A stretch of DNA of 64,000 nt. It comes from Octopus sinensis. Its lineage: Eukaryota. Location of the stretch: contig NC_043004.1 in assembly GCF_006345805.1 (NCBI RefSeq), positions 63,612,001 to 63,676,000 on the forward strand. The letters are read 5' to 3'. Positions 26,090 to 40,128 of the stretch are shown in pieces. The stretch's first letter is position 1; every line of letters starts with the position of its first letter. The notes below the pieces were generated by a model that saw only the letters and a list, made by a program, of their open reading frames with translations, ran no database searches and was not told the DNA's origin. The translations under genes were made by a program, and so were the position numbers.

Positions 26090-26560
26090 TCTTTGGTACC
26101 AGCAACTTTCAAGTGCCAGGAACATTGGTGTTCTGCAAATGAGTATTGAAACATATAAAATAATTAGGGATAGCTTCCCTGAAGACCTACGAACCTCTAA
26201 TGTAAAACCACTGGTATGTTTTAAACGGGATCGCAGAGGAATCCCAACAGCTCATGAAAATTGAGCTACTTTATTAGTTTCTGTGTACGCTCTAAGTAGG
26301 GCGTGGCAATCACATTACTTCAGACATATCAAGGCTTTCCTTAGGACGTCTCACTTTTTACTTCTAGGTGGCGATTGGAACGCCATCTTAAATGTGCACC
26401 TGAATAGTGCGAGAATAGCCTATAGAAAAGGAGGGGCTAAATCTTCACACATTTGTTCAGTTGCTCAGTATGGAATGCGCTTGATGGTTGTCGCAATGTT
26501 GAGACCTTTGTTTAGAACTGCCTCTTCAAATTTTTCCAGATCTCGTCTCTATATGTTAAT
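26090..26560 (+). mobile_element. Tx1/L1-clade APE endonuclease fragment next to (GA)n
   Basis: ISVYALSRAWQSHYFRHIKAFLRTSHFLLLGGDWNAILN. Confidence 0.75.
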
Positions 26561-26831
26561 TATTGCTTTCACAAGTGGGTGACGAAATTCGGTTTTCCTC
26601 GGCCGTCCAATGTAAATAATGTAAGTTATGTACAGAATTCTTCATCTCCAAAAATAAAAACAGTATCATTACTCCATATTTTCAAGTTATTTTCAGTTTA
26701 CGCAATTTGCTGTTAAAATCGAATATGAGTGTCTATTTTGAGGTAGAAAAATTCTTGTATTATAGGAATTGGAAATGCACGTGAGTGTTTGTTTTGTATT
26801 ACGTCATTTTTGTTATATCTTTATTTTTTAG

Positions 26832-26964
26832 ATTCAATCAAACAGTAACTTGTCATCGATTCCGGCACAAAAGAAGACTTGTTTAGATATAGCATACCTG
26901 TCAAGTGACGTGCTTGGATGGTTGTATAGTAAAAAAGTACTTCGATAAACAGGTGCAAGAACAG
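26832..26964 (+). CDS. M13 peptidase copy 2, exon IQSNSNLSSIPAQKKTCLDIAYLSSDVLGWLYSKK/YFDKQVQEQ with +1 frameshift
   Basis: ttttttag/gtaatt sites; conserved Cys and GxLY of the RCANY...VGRLYV exon. Length is 133 nt (3n+1); an A6 run at 26931-26936 needs to be A5 to keep frame. Confidence 0.8.
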
Positions 26965-28134
26965 GTAATTATATTCCTCATATACGAAACACGGTAAGCG
27001 ACATCTAGTTGGGAATTTGTAGAATTATTGGAGGTTTGGATAGACGGACTTGCCTTATTAATTCTGATTCTCTGCAAACTTTGTCTTTTGTTAAAGCAAT
27101 TAGGGGCGACAGGAGTGCTCGACATATTAGAAAAGCACATTGCAATATCTGTTCCGGATCGTTATACGCTGACATGAATACCTACACCGGAATTGGTATC
27201 AATTTGTGTTGACCGAAGTAAGCAGACTTGCACATGCTGTGATAGCTATCAGAGATTCGAATGCATGGGCAAATCTGTCTTCCTGGAAAAATGTCTCTCC
27301 CATGACAGATACATGCTCAATACCGAACGGCAGAAGCGCTACATAAATAGTATCTAATATCTAAATTCGGCTTTAAACTATTGAAATATTTATATCATCA
27401 ATTTTACGTATTCTTAAAAATTATTTCAAATATTAATGTGATTGCATTTTAACCTATCATATACCTATGAATACGGGTCAAATTTATCGAAAATCAAATA
27501 TAATTGTTTATGACCATTTTCTGAAAATAAAATTAACTCTCATCTTTCCAAATGCTAGAAAATTATGCATAGAAATTTAAACATTAGTTTAAATTAGAAA
27601 TAGAAGAAATGATAAATTAAATAGCAATTTAAATTTGAAATATTTAAAAAAAATAAATATAATCAGGTTAGCTTAGAGAAAGAATAGCATTTAAATTATT
27701 TTTTAAATTAGAAATAGAACAAAATTAAACATTAGTTTAAATTACAAATAAAAAATAAATAAATATTACTTTGACAGTCATTGTTTTTATGAAGCTATAA
27801 TATTAAAATGCAACATTTATATTGCTTATCTGTTTATTGTAAGCTTATTCTTCATGCAAAATATATACACATTAAATATGAACAACTATAGAAAAATTAG
27901 AATGTTATTGAAATATCTTCAAACTCATATTTATTTCAGGAAGTAAATATTATTTTAGAAGGCTTTCATTGAAAATGTTCATCTTTAGGTTGCCTTTATT
28001 GAGAAAAAAAGCATTTTTAAAGCAATTTTATTTTGAAGCTGCTTTTCTCAAAAGATTTACTTCATATTCTTGAAACGTGTGATACCTATCTACATATCTA
28101 TTTATCTATAACGGTCTATAACTTGAGGCAAGCC

Positions 28135-28285
28135 CAACAATTTCAACACCAGTACTCAGCAAGTACTCTTTGCATCGACCCTGAAAAGATGGGCTGCAAA
28201 GTCGAACTTGGAGGTGTTTCAACTCAGAACGTAGAGATAGACGAAATAACGTCAAACATTTTGCTCGGCGCGCTAACAATTATGC
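28135..28285 (-). mobile_element. Degenerate family A SINE
   Basis: Reverse complement of ggtaagctggcataattgttagc...cgttctgagttgaaacacc...gggtcgatgcaaagagtact. Confidence 0.7.
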
Positions 28286-30004
28286 CAGCTTACCGACTTA
28301 TATTTCATATATTAATGATTGTGTTATGTTTTAAAAATTTGTTCACATTAATTTGATGGTTTACGCAATACAATTGGTTGAGTAAAATCGTTTTATGTGT
28401 AATAAGAATATTTATTGATTTCTAACTTTCGGCCGCGAAGCAATCATCGGACAGTGACATTTAATTTCATTGGCTTTATATATTTCCTCAAAGTAAATCC
28501 TTTTCAGAGTAATCGGAGTTCTGTTGATTGATGGTTAGGTTCCATGGTAGGTTGTGGTGACAAATGTTACGGAAATTTTTTGCTTAAATTTGTATAAGCG
28601 CTATAGGTATCACTCATGTAGCCTTTTTGAAGTATGTATGTCTCCTATAAGACTTATGGCTATACAAAAGAACGTTGATAGGTTGTTGGTTACGAGAACT
28701 GTAACTCGATTTGATTATTATTGGATTTTATCATTTATTAATATGATCTTTATCTTTGCATGAATGTTGAATATCTATTGGGTACGTTAGCTTTTACGTG
28801 AATGATTTTTAAAGGTTTAAATAGAATGAATGTGGGAAGGTATAGTCAGTTGTCACAATGGTGCAATGCGTTTTCCCCTTTTTATATTGAGATGTAGATT
28901 ATCACTGAAATTTGCGAAATCCTATCTAGAAGATGATACACAGGAACAGTTCTACATGAAGTAATATTCTATAAAAGTAACACTTAGTTAAATATAGTCA
29001 ATAAAAATTCTCTGATACAACTTGCTACCACAATTTATTTATCACTCAACAGAACCCAGGCTACCCAGGAAAATGTTAACTTGAAAGAAACTACATAAAC
29101 CCAAGATGAAATTAACTGTACCATAGCCCATTAATGGGTCAGCAGTCAGAAATTTGAAAGTTACTTTCAATAATATTCTTGCTAAAAAGCGATATATATA
29201 TATATTAGCATTAAATCAAATTTCACAGTATAAATATATAAAATATGAATTAGAGATATAACCACTATTATGCAACTGAAATAGTGATAGACGTAAACCG
29301 ATACATAAATAACAGATAATATAAACATAATTAATATAATATATAATATATATATATGTATTTTTTTTTCCAAAGTATAAAAAGAATAATAATGATATAA
29401 GTTAAACCACTACGTACGTTTCATGGCTATAATTAAATTCGAATTACAATTAAGTTTAAAATCAAGTAAAATAAATTCGAACAAAAATTAAAGTCAATCT
29501 TCAGGTTAACGATAATAGTTAAATAAATAAGCAAATAGAGCAAAACAATATTTTTTAAGAAATAAATAAAATAATAATTTTTCTTATAAAAAAGACTCCA
29601 TTATCTAAATTAGGATTATTCATACAACCCATTTATTATGTTAAATATTTATTTTTAAGGTAAAAATAGATAGAAATATGTATTTATCTATGAAGATATA
29701 ATATGGCTTTAAAAAACATAATAAACTCTCGAATATCCTTAACACAGTTGTAGTCCAAGATTTAATTACCAAATTATTTAACAAAATAATCACTATTCAT
29801 ATTTTTAGATTTAAGTTCACATCTAATAATTATAAAATATTTTAAAATACGTATCTAAATTATAATCAACAAATGTTTTAATTAAAATCTAAAATTATTC
29901 TATCAATAAATGTATAGGCATGTAATGAAAAATAAATAAATTCATTAGTTCATTATTACTTACATAAATATTATAAATATCAATATAATATATTTATGAA
30001 ATTT

Positions 30005-31520
30005 CTTCCATGTTGGTCCTTGGATGATGGTAGAGTATGGAGGACTGTTTTTTGTCGTTATATTGTCTGAAATCTTCATTTAGCCGCTCCGCAATGCTCT
30101 TAGATGTCTGCACGATGTATGTCATGCTATGTTCATGTTTTTACAAGCACCATCCCTGCATCATATGCTGTGAAGTACATTTCTAGTTCTACAGTTAATG
30201 CCAGGGCTAATCCTGAAGTACCACCTTGAAGAACAACATAGTAAAGTTTAACAAAGCACTATACATACAATTTCAAAGTGCACCCATCGGTGTCGGATTG
30301 GCTGGAGATGTAGCCGGCCTCTTCATGACCTGGTGGGACAGAAACCTAAGCACTCCTTAACAGAACAATCCCCAACGCTTCTACTCTACAGTAGATATGA
30401 AGATGACATTAATATCATAGTTAATACCGACTCTAGTAATGGTAATTTAGAAACTGAGAGGAACGTAAAATGGGGAATATCCAACAAGTAGCTAACTCCA
30501 TTCATTAAGGTATCAAGGTAACTATTGATTACCCTACTAGGCACCCCTAAAATAGACTCCTCGTCCTTCATACTGAACTTTGGTTAGAGACTATGAAAAA
30601 TAGAGTGCAGCTCCTCCACTCCTACTACATGAAGCCCATAGCCACGAAATATGTTGTTCACAAGAACTCACCTTCGTCACACAACGTGACAATTAACATA
30701 CTGATAGCAGACTTTCGATAATAAACAACGTGCCCCCACTATGCAAACCCTATGAGACGAACCCCGCCCCCAAACAAACAAAAACAAATACAGAACTTCA
30801 TACACCACATGTAATTCTCTGGATATTATCTGAAAGACAAGGTTCGAATATACGGGGGTTCTAGAAAGAAATTAGATAATAATATATATAACGATACCAG
30901 TGGTACCTGCCCTAGCTGTAGAAACAAAGAGTGGAATAGAATACAAAGAACGTGTGACAAAGCCAAAAGGGATAACAGGTGGTATAACACCGACAAATAT
31001 CACGGAGTGATGTTTGTAGAGGCCACAGCCCATGGAGAACTAGCCCGTAGATTTAGCAAAGCTCTGAAAGAGACCAAACTCAATATAAAGATTGCTGAAA
31101 TGCCAGGGAACTCCGTCAAATCACTGGTATGTAGGACTGCCCATTTGAGAATACCGCATGCACCCATAAATAGTGCATGGTATGTAGGATTAGCCCTGGC
31201 ATTAACTGTAGTTCTAGAAATGTACTTCACAGCATAAGGTGTATTGGAAGTGCTTGTAAAGGCATGAACATAACATGACATACATAGGGGAGACATCTAG
31301 GAGAATTGCAGAACGACTAAATGAACATTCCAGACAATAGAAAGACAACAAACAGTCCTCCATACTCTACCAATATGCCAAGAACCAACATGGAGGTAAC
31401 CTGGGTCAACTTGACATCCGCATCTTATCCAAGCACCCAAAGGACCCAACACTCAGATAAATACAGGAGCACGTCCTCGTAAATGAAACTTCTCCAATAC
31501 TAAATAAAAATATACATAGT
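30005..31520 (+). mobile_element. 5'-truncated Penelope-like element with an inverted copy of its 3' region at the 5' end
   Basis: RT: NNIVKFNKALYIQFQSAPIGVGLAGDVAGLFMTWWDR and RYEDDINII. GIY-YIG: NCSSRNVLHSIRC and YIGETSRRIAERLNEH. 30005-30214 is the reverse complement of 31186-31396. Confidence 0.88.
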
Positions 31521-32287
31521 AGACATCATACCCCCATACCCACAGTTTATACAGGTAGATTAGAATAGTTAGTGGGCTGTTATTTAGGTAGATGTATATG
31601 TGTCTGTAGGTGTATGCACATATGTACATGTATATGCACATATATGTAAGCATATGGATAAACATACAGATGGATAGGTACATAGGTTATATGAACAGAG
31701 ACGCAGACATACACAGATGAAGACCGAAACACATGACCATATATACACAAACACTTTACTTCACACAACGATACATATGGCGATACACGTCCACACATAT
31801 GGAGATACACGTCCCTACATACAAACACAGTACATAGTTGCAAACACACACACACACACACACATATATAAAAGTACACAAATACAAACACGCAATTACA
31901 CGAATAAGCAGAATACATACAAATGTATAAACATACATACATTTTAGCATATGCACCCACATACATGCATATACACATGAATGCATACATAGGTACATGC
32001 ATGTGTATGCAAACACACACTGACCCACTCACATGCGCACATATAAACAAAATAAATGCGGTGTGAATAACGAACAGAGTCAAATCTATTGAAAAGGTTG
32101 CAAGACGCAACGAAAATTCTGGAAAAGTAAAGTAGGAAATGAGTGGAAATTTTTCCGGTGTGTGTGTTAACTTACAAAGGGCTAAAAGAGAATGATTCTC
32201 CCTAGACACAATAGAATATGCTTCATCACAAGAACTCAAATAAAGAATCTTGCAAACTAAATCCCGAAACGAAATATATATATATAT

Positions 32288-32444
32288 GGAGTGGCTGTGT
32301 GGTAAGTAGCTTGCTAACCAACCAAATGGTTCCGGGTTCAGTCCCACTGCGTGGCATCTTGGGCAAGTGTCTTCTGCTATAGCCCCGGGCCGACCAATGC
32401 CTTGTCAGTGGATTTGGTAGACGGAAACTGAAAGAAGCATCGTG

Positions 32445-32483
<39 letters not shown>

Positions 32484-32703
32484 ATGTGTGTTTGTGTGCC
32501 TGTGTTTGTCCCATTAGCATTGCTTGACAACCGATGCTGGTGTGTTTACCTCCCCGTAACTTAGCGGTTCGGCATAAAGAGACCGATAGAATAAGTACTG
32601 GGCTTACAAAGAATAAGTCCCGGGGTCGATTTGCTCGACTAAAGGCGGTGCTCCAGCATGGCCGCATTCAAATGACTGAAACAAGTAAAAGAGTAAAAGA
32701 GTA
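32288..32703 (+). mobile_element. Family B SINE
   Basis: Near-identical to 13689-14085; gagtaaaa repeat tail. Confidence 0.92.
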
Positions 32704-32842
32704 TATATAAGTTCAGCAAAATTTAGATTTAGATATATATGTGGTTGAAGATTGCTCGACATTTTAAAACTGATGTAATACAATGATGTAGTATGAAACA
32801 ATTGTACCACTCTACCTTGGATATCCTTGTTGCTTATTTCGA

Positions 32843-32892
<50 letters not shown>

Positions 32893-32915
32893 TTTTGTAA
32901 CTTTAATATATTCAG

Positions 32916-33020
32916 GCAAAGTATATAGCGAAATATCTCGAGAAATCTATGGAAAAGGTTTTATCAGAAAGGAAGTGGTTAACCCAAGAATCTCGAGAGA
33001 GTGCCAAGAATATAATTAAG
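32916..33020 (+). CDS. M13 peptidase copy 2, exon AKYIAKYLEKSMEKVLSERKWLTQESRESAKNIIK, phase 0-0
   Basis: atattcag/gtaaga sites, 105 nt open; matches the neprilysin ...LTWMDAETKKRAEEK exon (W-L-x3-S/T-R). Confidence 0.88.
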
Positions 33021-33255
33021 GTAAGAATTATGAAATATAATTTTATCAGTCCTTCGCTGTTATGTTTATCGACGAAGCAGTTTAAAAGGGGAAGACTATA
33101 AAGAATAAAGAATTAATGTACGGAAGGAATAGTGAGAGTTCGAAAGAGAAAGTGGTAAAATAATGACTGCATATATGTCTGTGCGTGAGTGTGTGCCCGG
33201 GTTTGTATACGTATGTGTGTGCATGCGTCTGTATGGGTGTGTGTGTATACATAAG

Positions 33256-33304
<49 letters not shown>

Positions 33305-33545
33305 TTATATATTAATAATATATTATTATTAATATTAGGAAATCAATATCAAAACTTTTCAGAAAGATATACACGCGTGAAAAATGCTGGTTGCATTAAA
33401 GATATAAAATATATAAATATAAATATGTATAAAAATATATGTAAGTATGTATAAGTATAAATATATAATGTATATGACAGTTTAAAATTTTGAATTAATT
33501 ATTTAAGGCATTTTACGATCGTTTCGCAGAAGAGTTGTCCCTACA

Positions 33546-33709
33546 TGAAATCCTATATTGATAAGCATTACTGAATACATTTAACTAAAGATTTAAATAC
33601 ATATATAGATCTTTAGTTAAATATATTCAATAATGCATATCAATATAGGATTTCGTTATTACATCAATGAAATCCTATATTGATATGCATTATTGAATAT
33701 ATTTAACTA
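33546..33709. repeat. Direct-inverted-direct triplication of a ~45-bp unit
   Basis: tgaaatcctatattgata...ttaacta at 33546 (+), 33609-33654 (-) and 33668 (+). Confidence 0.9.
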
Positions 33710-33752
33710 GAATTTATATATATATCTATATCTATATCTATATCTATATCTA

Positions 33753-33808
<56 letters not shown>

Positions 33809-33841
33809 ATTTTACATACGTATATATGTGTGTGTATATAT

Positions 33842-33903
<62 letters not shown>

Positions 33904-34941
33904 TATCATTTCTAAATCTTTCAGAGAGAGAGAGAGAGAGAGAGAAAAGAGAGGAGTGAGAGAGAGAGAGAGAGATCTATTAAGTTGGTACACCTCGTTA
34001 ATTTGGAATAATATGCACACACAGCAATTGCTTGCAAATAACATCCTTGGCTTATACCCACCGGCAGAATGAAATTCATGTAGTCCTTGCAGAAAATTAG
34101 ATTCAGTAGAGTATATTCACACATGCAAACTTTATTAAATATACAGTCCATAATAAACTTCCGAATAAGCGAAGTGTACGTTCTCAGAAGTCAATAACAT
34201 ATGAATATATAAAAAAATGAAGGATAGGTGTCAATCCATTATGGCCGTTTCAAACAACTACTTAAATTGACTAAAGAATTCATGAAATCAGTTCGAAAGA
34301 AACTGTTTTCTATCAAATGTATACTTTAGAAGGAAGCATATTCCAAATAACTCAACATAGTTGAAAATTTAAAAAGATCCCTCAGCCAACATTCTGCTGC
34401 TATTTCAGCTGACAAAATGAATCTACCAATTTTTTTTTTGTGTTTGAGGTTAGTAATGTATTATTACGAGGGGAAGGAATAAGCCACATCCAGAGACCCA
34501 ATTATCCCCACTTCCTACAATAAAGGAAGCCATGACTACGTTTGTCTGTGAGATCTATAAAGGTAATGTCCATTATCTACCGCTAAATTGAAATGAAATG
34601 TTTGGTGGTGAGCTCCAGTCTACTATGTTATCAAGGTCATTTAAGATGGCCCCAGTTTACAAGTTATTGTGAAGCGAAATAGAGGGAGTAGAGGAAGGAA
34701 ATTATAAAATTTATAAAAATAGACCAAACAAGGAAGAAATTCCCTCCAACTCTTACTAATTACCGCAATAGTAAGAGAGAAAATTAATAAACGATAAAGG
34801 AATGAAAGATATGGTGGCAAAAACTTAAATCATAGCGTAGGGAAGCATTGAAAGCGGGTAGAGACCTACTATAACATAGCTGAGCTTTAACATTATAGCG
34901 ATAAGAAAAAATATATATAAGGTAACAAATAAAGAAAGGTA

Positions 34942-35476
34942 TCTCTCTCTATATAAACGGCAGTTTGTCTGTGTGTCTGTCAGGTTGTAACCTCACCCTG
35001 ACCACGGCTTTCAACCGATTCTGATGAAACTTGACACACACTTATCCCAATGTCATAATTCAAAACTAACGCAGCGAAAATTTTGAAAAGTTCCCCCAGT
35101 TTTGAAAAGAATCGATAAATTCGACATGGGGTCGAGAATCTAAGCTTTTATATGCAACACATTTTCTGTTGTAGTTTTAGCAACTTGCAATCGATTTTCA
35201 CCAAACTCATGGTGAAGCTTAATGTTACCCTAAGAAACGTAATTCTGGCGTTAGTTTTCCATGCAATACCTTACCATCAGAAAAAATCGATAAAATCATG
35301 CCATTTTTGGAAATCGCGTTTTCGCCCAAAGGGACATATAGGAACATCGTATACACAGAAGACATTGCAACCTACACATGCACATTCGTTCCCTAGAGAG
35401 AAAGGACTAGATTGGGATTAGTCGTTGCCTACTAGGGGCTCTTACATACCCGGGCAACGCCGGGCTATGCTGCTAG
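34942..35476 (+). mobile_element. Non-autonomous Helitron
   Basis: 5' TC after A; 3' hairpin cccgg-gcaacg-ccggg followed by CTAG|T; (CTGT)-rich subterminal region. Confidence 0.85.
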
Positions 35477-35773
35477 TATTATATAAAAAAATTATGACAA
35501 AAGTTTCTGAAAGAGATATCAGTGACATTAAGAATAAAAATAAACGGAAAAATAAATATAAAAATATCAAAATAATTTGTGTTTTGTTTGTTAGATCATA
35601 ACTAAAGATTACGAAGAAGTAACGATAAGAAATATTAAATATGTATTAGGTATAATATAAATAAAGGGAAACAAACTTTTCAAGAGGAAATGTTTTCAGA
35701 TATAGCAATCTTAAAATTGTTTAATGGATTGACTCCTGTCCTTCATTTGTTATTCATTTATGTTATATATGTG

Positions 35774-35805
<32 letters not shown>

Positions 35806-35890
35806 CATACATACATACACACACACACATACATACATACATACACACACACATATATGTATCAACAAACACACACACACACATACACAA

Positions 35891-35965
<75 letters not shown>

Positions 35966-36399
35966 TCAATGGGAATTTGTGTGTGCGTGCGTATAATCCG
36001 TGTGCATTCGAAAACAAAGTTGATGATTTTGAGGCATGGGGTATCAAAATATTCAGTAATCTTTCGGTTACCAAATAAACTGTTTTGATTCAGATATCTA
36101 CTTTATCTCAACAATCAGCTATAGTCGTTTGAAAGACAACGAACTGGTTTCACTCGAAAGTGAAAAGAGTTTCACACTTTCTAGTGGAACCAAAATGACA
36201 GTATTGTATTACAAGAGTGACAATGTGTGAATAAATAAGTTCTCCGATTTGCTTCTCCGATTTGTCACTCATTGAAAGACATCCATTTCTCTATATGTAA
36301 ATACAGTAACTCGCTCTCCCTCTCACATGCTACGCACACGCACACATACATAGAAAAACTGTATGCATATGTATTTATATACGTTCCCATGAAAGGAAA

Positions 36400-36452
<53 letters not shown>

Positions 36453-38149
36453 TTGAGTGCCATTTACATGAACATGACAAACGGTTACATAAATTGACAG
36501 CACACACCTTCACTCACTATCTCTCTCTCACACACACACGGAAACACACACATATACACACACACAAAAACGTCCATTTCATATACACATACATGTATCT
36601 TTCACTTTCTCCTGTCTTTCACTTTCTACTCTCTTCAAAGCATAAAGAAATAAAGATTTTTACAGAAATTAACGAACAATCATATGATCGGGTCGACACC
36701 TTTGCAGCTTCAGACGAAAGAGTGCCATAAAATAACTTCCTTTGGCACCTCACCCCACATACTCACAAACACTCGATAAGAATTCTGTACGAATTAGGTT
36801 ATTTTTAGTTCTGTGCACGCGCAAAATTACAGATCAAATACAATTGAAATGACCTTTTCTTTTTATTCTGTAGGAAATTTTCGCAGAAATCCTGTCCGTT
36901 ACCTATTGTTTCTCACATGTGCGAGGTGACATTTTCGCCCATCCCCTTATTTTTTCCTAAATTTCTTCCGATTCCTGTTTTTGATACAGAAGATAACGAT
37001 TTAACCAAAAATATACGTTCTCAAAATTGCAATTTTCTCCCTTTTTTCCAAATGTTTTACTCCGTGATCCACGGGGGAAGATAGTACACCTATTTAAGAA
37101 TGTTCTTTTTTCTTAAAGAATCACCAAAATCTTTCCAAACATGCACCCATCACGTCACCACTTTCATAATGCTACAACTCTCAATGTTTCACTTTTAGGT
37201 TTTTGAAAGCGGGAAGGTTCTTCAGAAATAATGTCGTTTACCTGTTGTTTCTTGCATGTCACGTTTTATGGTGGTGGTCTGGTATTTTTTACGTCTGCTA
37301 TTTCAGTACAATTCTACGCATGTATGAAACTTTGAGAAGTTTCAGCTTTTTTGAAAGCGAGTAGCTGATGGGTGGGTAAGGTGTTGGAAGGGGTGGTCAG
37401 TGTTTCTTTAAGAATAATTAAAGTTTAGAAAAAATATATTTCCCAGATTCGTAATCTCTGCATTTTGCTACATGGATAAAAAGAGTAAAATTCGAAAAAC
37501 GTTACAAATTAAGAATTCGCGGTGGAGATGGTGGGAAATAAAGGGATTTCAGTGCAAAATCGTAATGACATCCTTTTATACAATCAAACAATACACAGTT
37601 TGTGACCCTTCTTAAGAACAGAAAAAACTTTCATGCAGACCCTTGCAAATTGTATCCTCCTCAATTTACTTTTCAACAAACAGTTATCTCAATTACGCCA
37701 GTAATCCAGTTCCCTATACATAGTTGAGTGCCTGGGCATCTCAATTTAGTCTTGCACAAAGCTTCTAAAACGAGGCATTATACGGTAATATATTAATACA
37801 CATGGAAAAGATAATCGTTGGGAATGTAAAATATATGAGAAATGTATTATACAGTTTGAAAATAGAAGTGCTTTTGGAAATATGTAGATTTGAAGAGTTT
37901 TCACTATGTGTACATACATAAACACATGTACGTACTGAACACATATATATTTATCATTTTCTACTACAGCAGAAAACATTGAAAGAAGGTATAAGTTAAT
38001 GCCTTTTCAGAGAAGAAAGACCATTGCAGAGAGGAAGCAAGAGAATGTTAAGTCTAGATGGAAAATAACAAGTATAAAGAAATGGAGCGATATGCTCATA
38101 ATATTTTCCACGTGTTAGTCGCCGTAAAGTCTCTATATAAACATCATTA

Positions 38150-39065
38150 TCGTTTAACATCCGCTTTTCATGCTGGCATGGGTAGCATGATTTGACTGAG
38201 GACTAGCAAGCCAGGAGGCTGCACCAGGCTCCAATCTTATCTGGTCAGGTTTCTACAGCTGCATGCCCAACCACTCCGAGAGTGTAGCGGGTGCTTTTTA
38301 CGTTCCAGTCAGGCGGCACTGACAATGACCATCCTCGATTGGTGCTTTTTTATGTGCCACCGGAACGGATGCCAGTCAGGTGACACTGGCAACGATCACG
38401 CAACACATGACCATACCAGCGCAGTCATCTCTCTTGCACACCACATCTGATGCCCTCAGGGCGCTTCACTCTGTCGTGTATGCACACTGACATTACACGT
38501 CCAGCAGAGCATTCTAGCTTCATTTCTTTCAGCCTACGCATGTCCCAGTAGTCATATCCCATGTGTCACTGCAGTGTAGCATGGCTGTCTGCACACATGC
38601 GTCATACAGTCTAAATTTCACTCTGAGTGAGAGGCACTTTGTTACCAACAGAGGTAGGAGCTCTCAGAATTTGCACAAGCTATCCTTTTTCTAGCAGCTA
38701 CGCTCTCAGAGCATCCACCCCGCTACTCCTCAATCATCTAGATAACGGAAGCCACTAATTACTTCTAGCCCCCCACCCCCAATGACTTGTGACGGAAAAT
38801 GTGTTTTGCACATTTTCAGTTAGTCTTCCTTTGATATTGCTTGCACATCTTATGTGTCCATAGCTTGCACTGGTTACATCTTATGGAATTTCTCCCTACA
38901 CCTTTTCTACAGATCGAGCATGCCATCTACCTGAAGGGGTTTATGATTTGTCTGCCTTCCTACTTACTAAGACATTGGTTTTTGTTAAATTGACTTTAAG
39001 GCCCTTTGATTCTAGACCTTGCTTCCACACCTGAAGTTTCTCCTCTGGTCGGCGGCCCAGCTTAG
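38150..39065 (-). mobile_element. RTE LINE 3' fragment
   Basis: EEKLQVWKQGLESKGLKVNLTKT; ELLPLLVTKCLSLRVKFRLYDACVQTAMLHCSETW. Confidence 0.85.
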
Positions 39066-39399
39066 TGAAACAGTTCTCCTCATAAGATGGAGGTGAAGTG
39101 TCACGGAAAAGCGCTATATATGCATAATATGCATGAATAGTAAACAGAAGATTGTGAAATATATAGGTAGCCCTATAGAGACACATATTCATATACACTG
39201 TAGAATATATTATATACGCGCACGAATTATGAAGTGTAATGTGTTGCTTGTGTATGCGTGCATCACTTTGTTAATACATGTGTTTATGTGAGTGCGCACG
39301 CGCGCGTGTGTGTACGTCTGTATGTGTATATATTTCACAGTGTTTATTCGTATATTGCTTTTTCTCCCGTAATATTTGGAGCATGTCATTATTCTTCAG

Positions 39400-39477
39400 A
39401 AACTGAGTAAGAAAGTCCATGTAGGTTCCCAACATTCACAACAGGCGGAAGCTAAATTGATTAAAAGATATGAAAAT
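39400..39477 (+). CDS. M13 peptidase copy 2, exon KLSKKVHVGSQHSQQAEAKLIKRYEN, phase 0-0
   Basis: attcttcag/gtaagc sites, 78 nt open; occupies the position of the ALAIKERIGYPD...NEYLE exon. Confidence 0.75.
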
Positions 39478-39873
39478 GTAAGCCAATTTTTATTGTATTG
39501 CATTCGTCATTTATTTCACATATATAAATATGAACCGAATAGTTTATGCATAAATTAATCTATAAGACATTCTTTTTTACCTTTGGTTTGAATTTCAGGT
39601 TTACATGTTATCATCTGTACATAAATTCGGTGGTAATCAATTCAACGCAGTCACTATATATTATTTATTTATTAATATAAATTTCTCCTTGTATATTATG
39701 TATTTGAAAGAAAAATGTAAAATGTAAGCATCATATAATTGAATAATCTTGATGATAAGAATAATTTCACTTTCATGACAAATTAAATAACAACTGAATT
39801 TGTTAAACAGGCTCTCTTGCTTCACTGTATAAAGTTATAGAGCTAAGCATAAATTATATTCTTTATATTTCAG

Positions 39874-39965
39874 CTAAAACTCTCAGACAATTTTCTCGAA
39901 AATACTTTTGCTTTAAAGAAGAGACGTACACAATTAATAATTTCGGACATGTTGAAGAATGATAT
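39874..39965 (+). CDS. M13 peptidase copy 2, exon LKLSDNFLENTFALKKRRTQLIISDMLKND(M), phase 0-2
   Basis: atatttcag/gtgagt sites, 92 nt; matches the LNYKEDEYFEN... exon. Confidence 0.88.
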
Positions 39966-40007
39966 GTGAGTTATTTAAAGAATTTTGCATTTTGACATTA
40001 TATATAA

Positions 40008-40080
<73 letters not shown>

Positions 40081-40128
40081 GTAGTAGTAGTAGTAGTAGT
40101 AGTAGTGTTAGTATTATTATTATTGTAA

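Noticed and set aside
30300-30335. Minus-strand tgaaga-ggccgg...ccagcc hammerhead look-alike
   Set aside because: It is RT motif B coding sequence (GLAGDVAGLFM) on the plus strand.
37975-38000. ctacag|CAGAAAACATTGAAAGAAG|gtataa micro-exon candidate
   Set aside because: It would shift frame between phase-0 exons that already join correctly.
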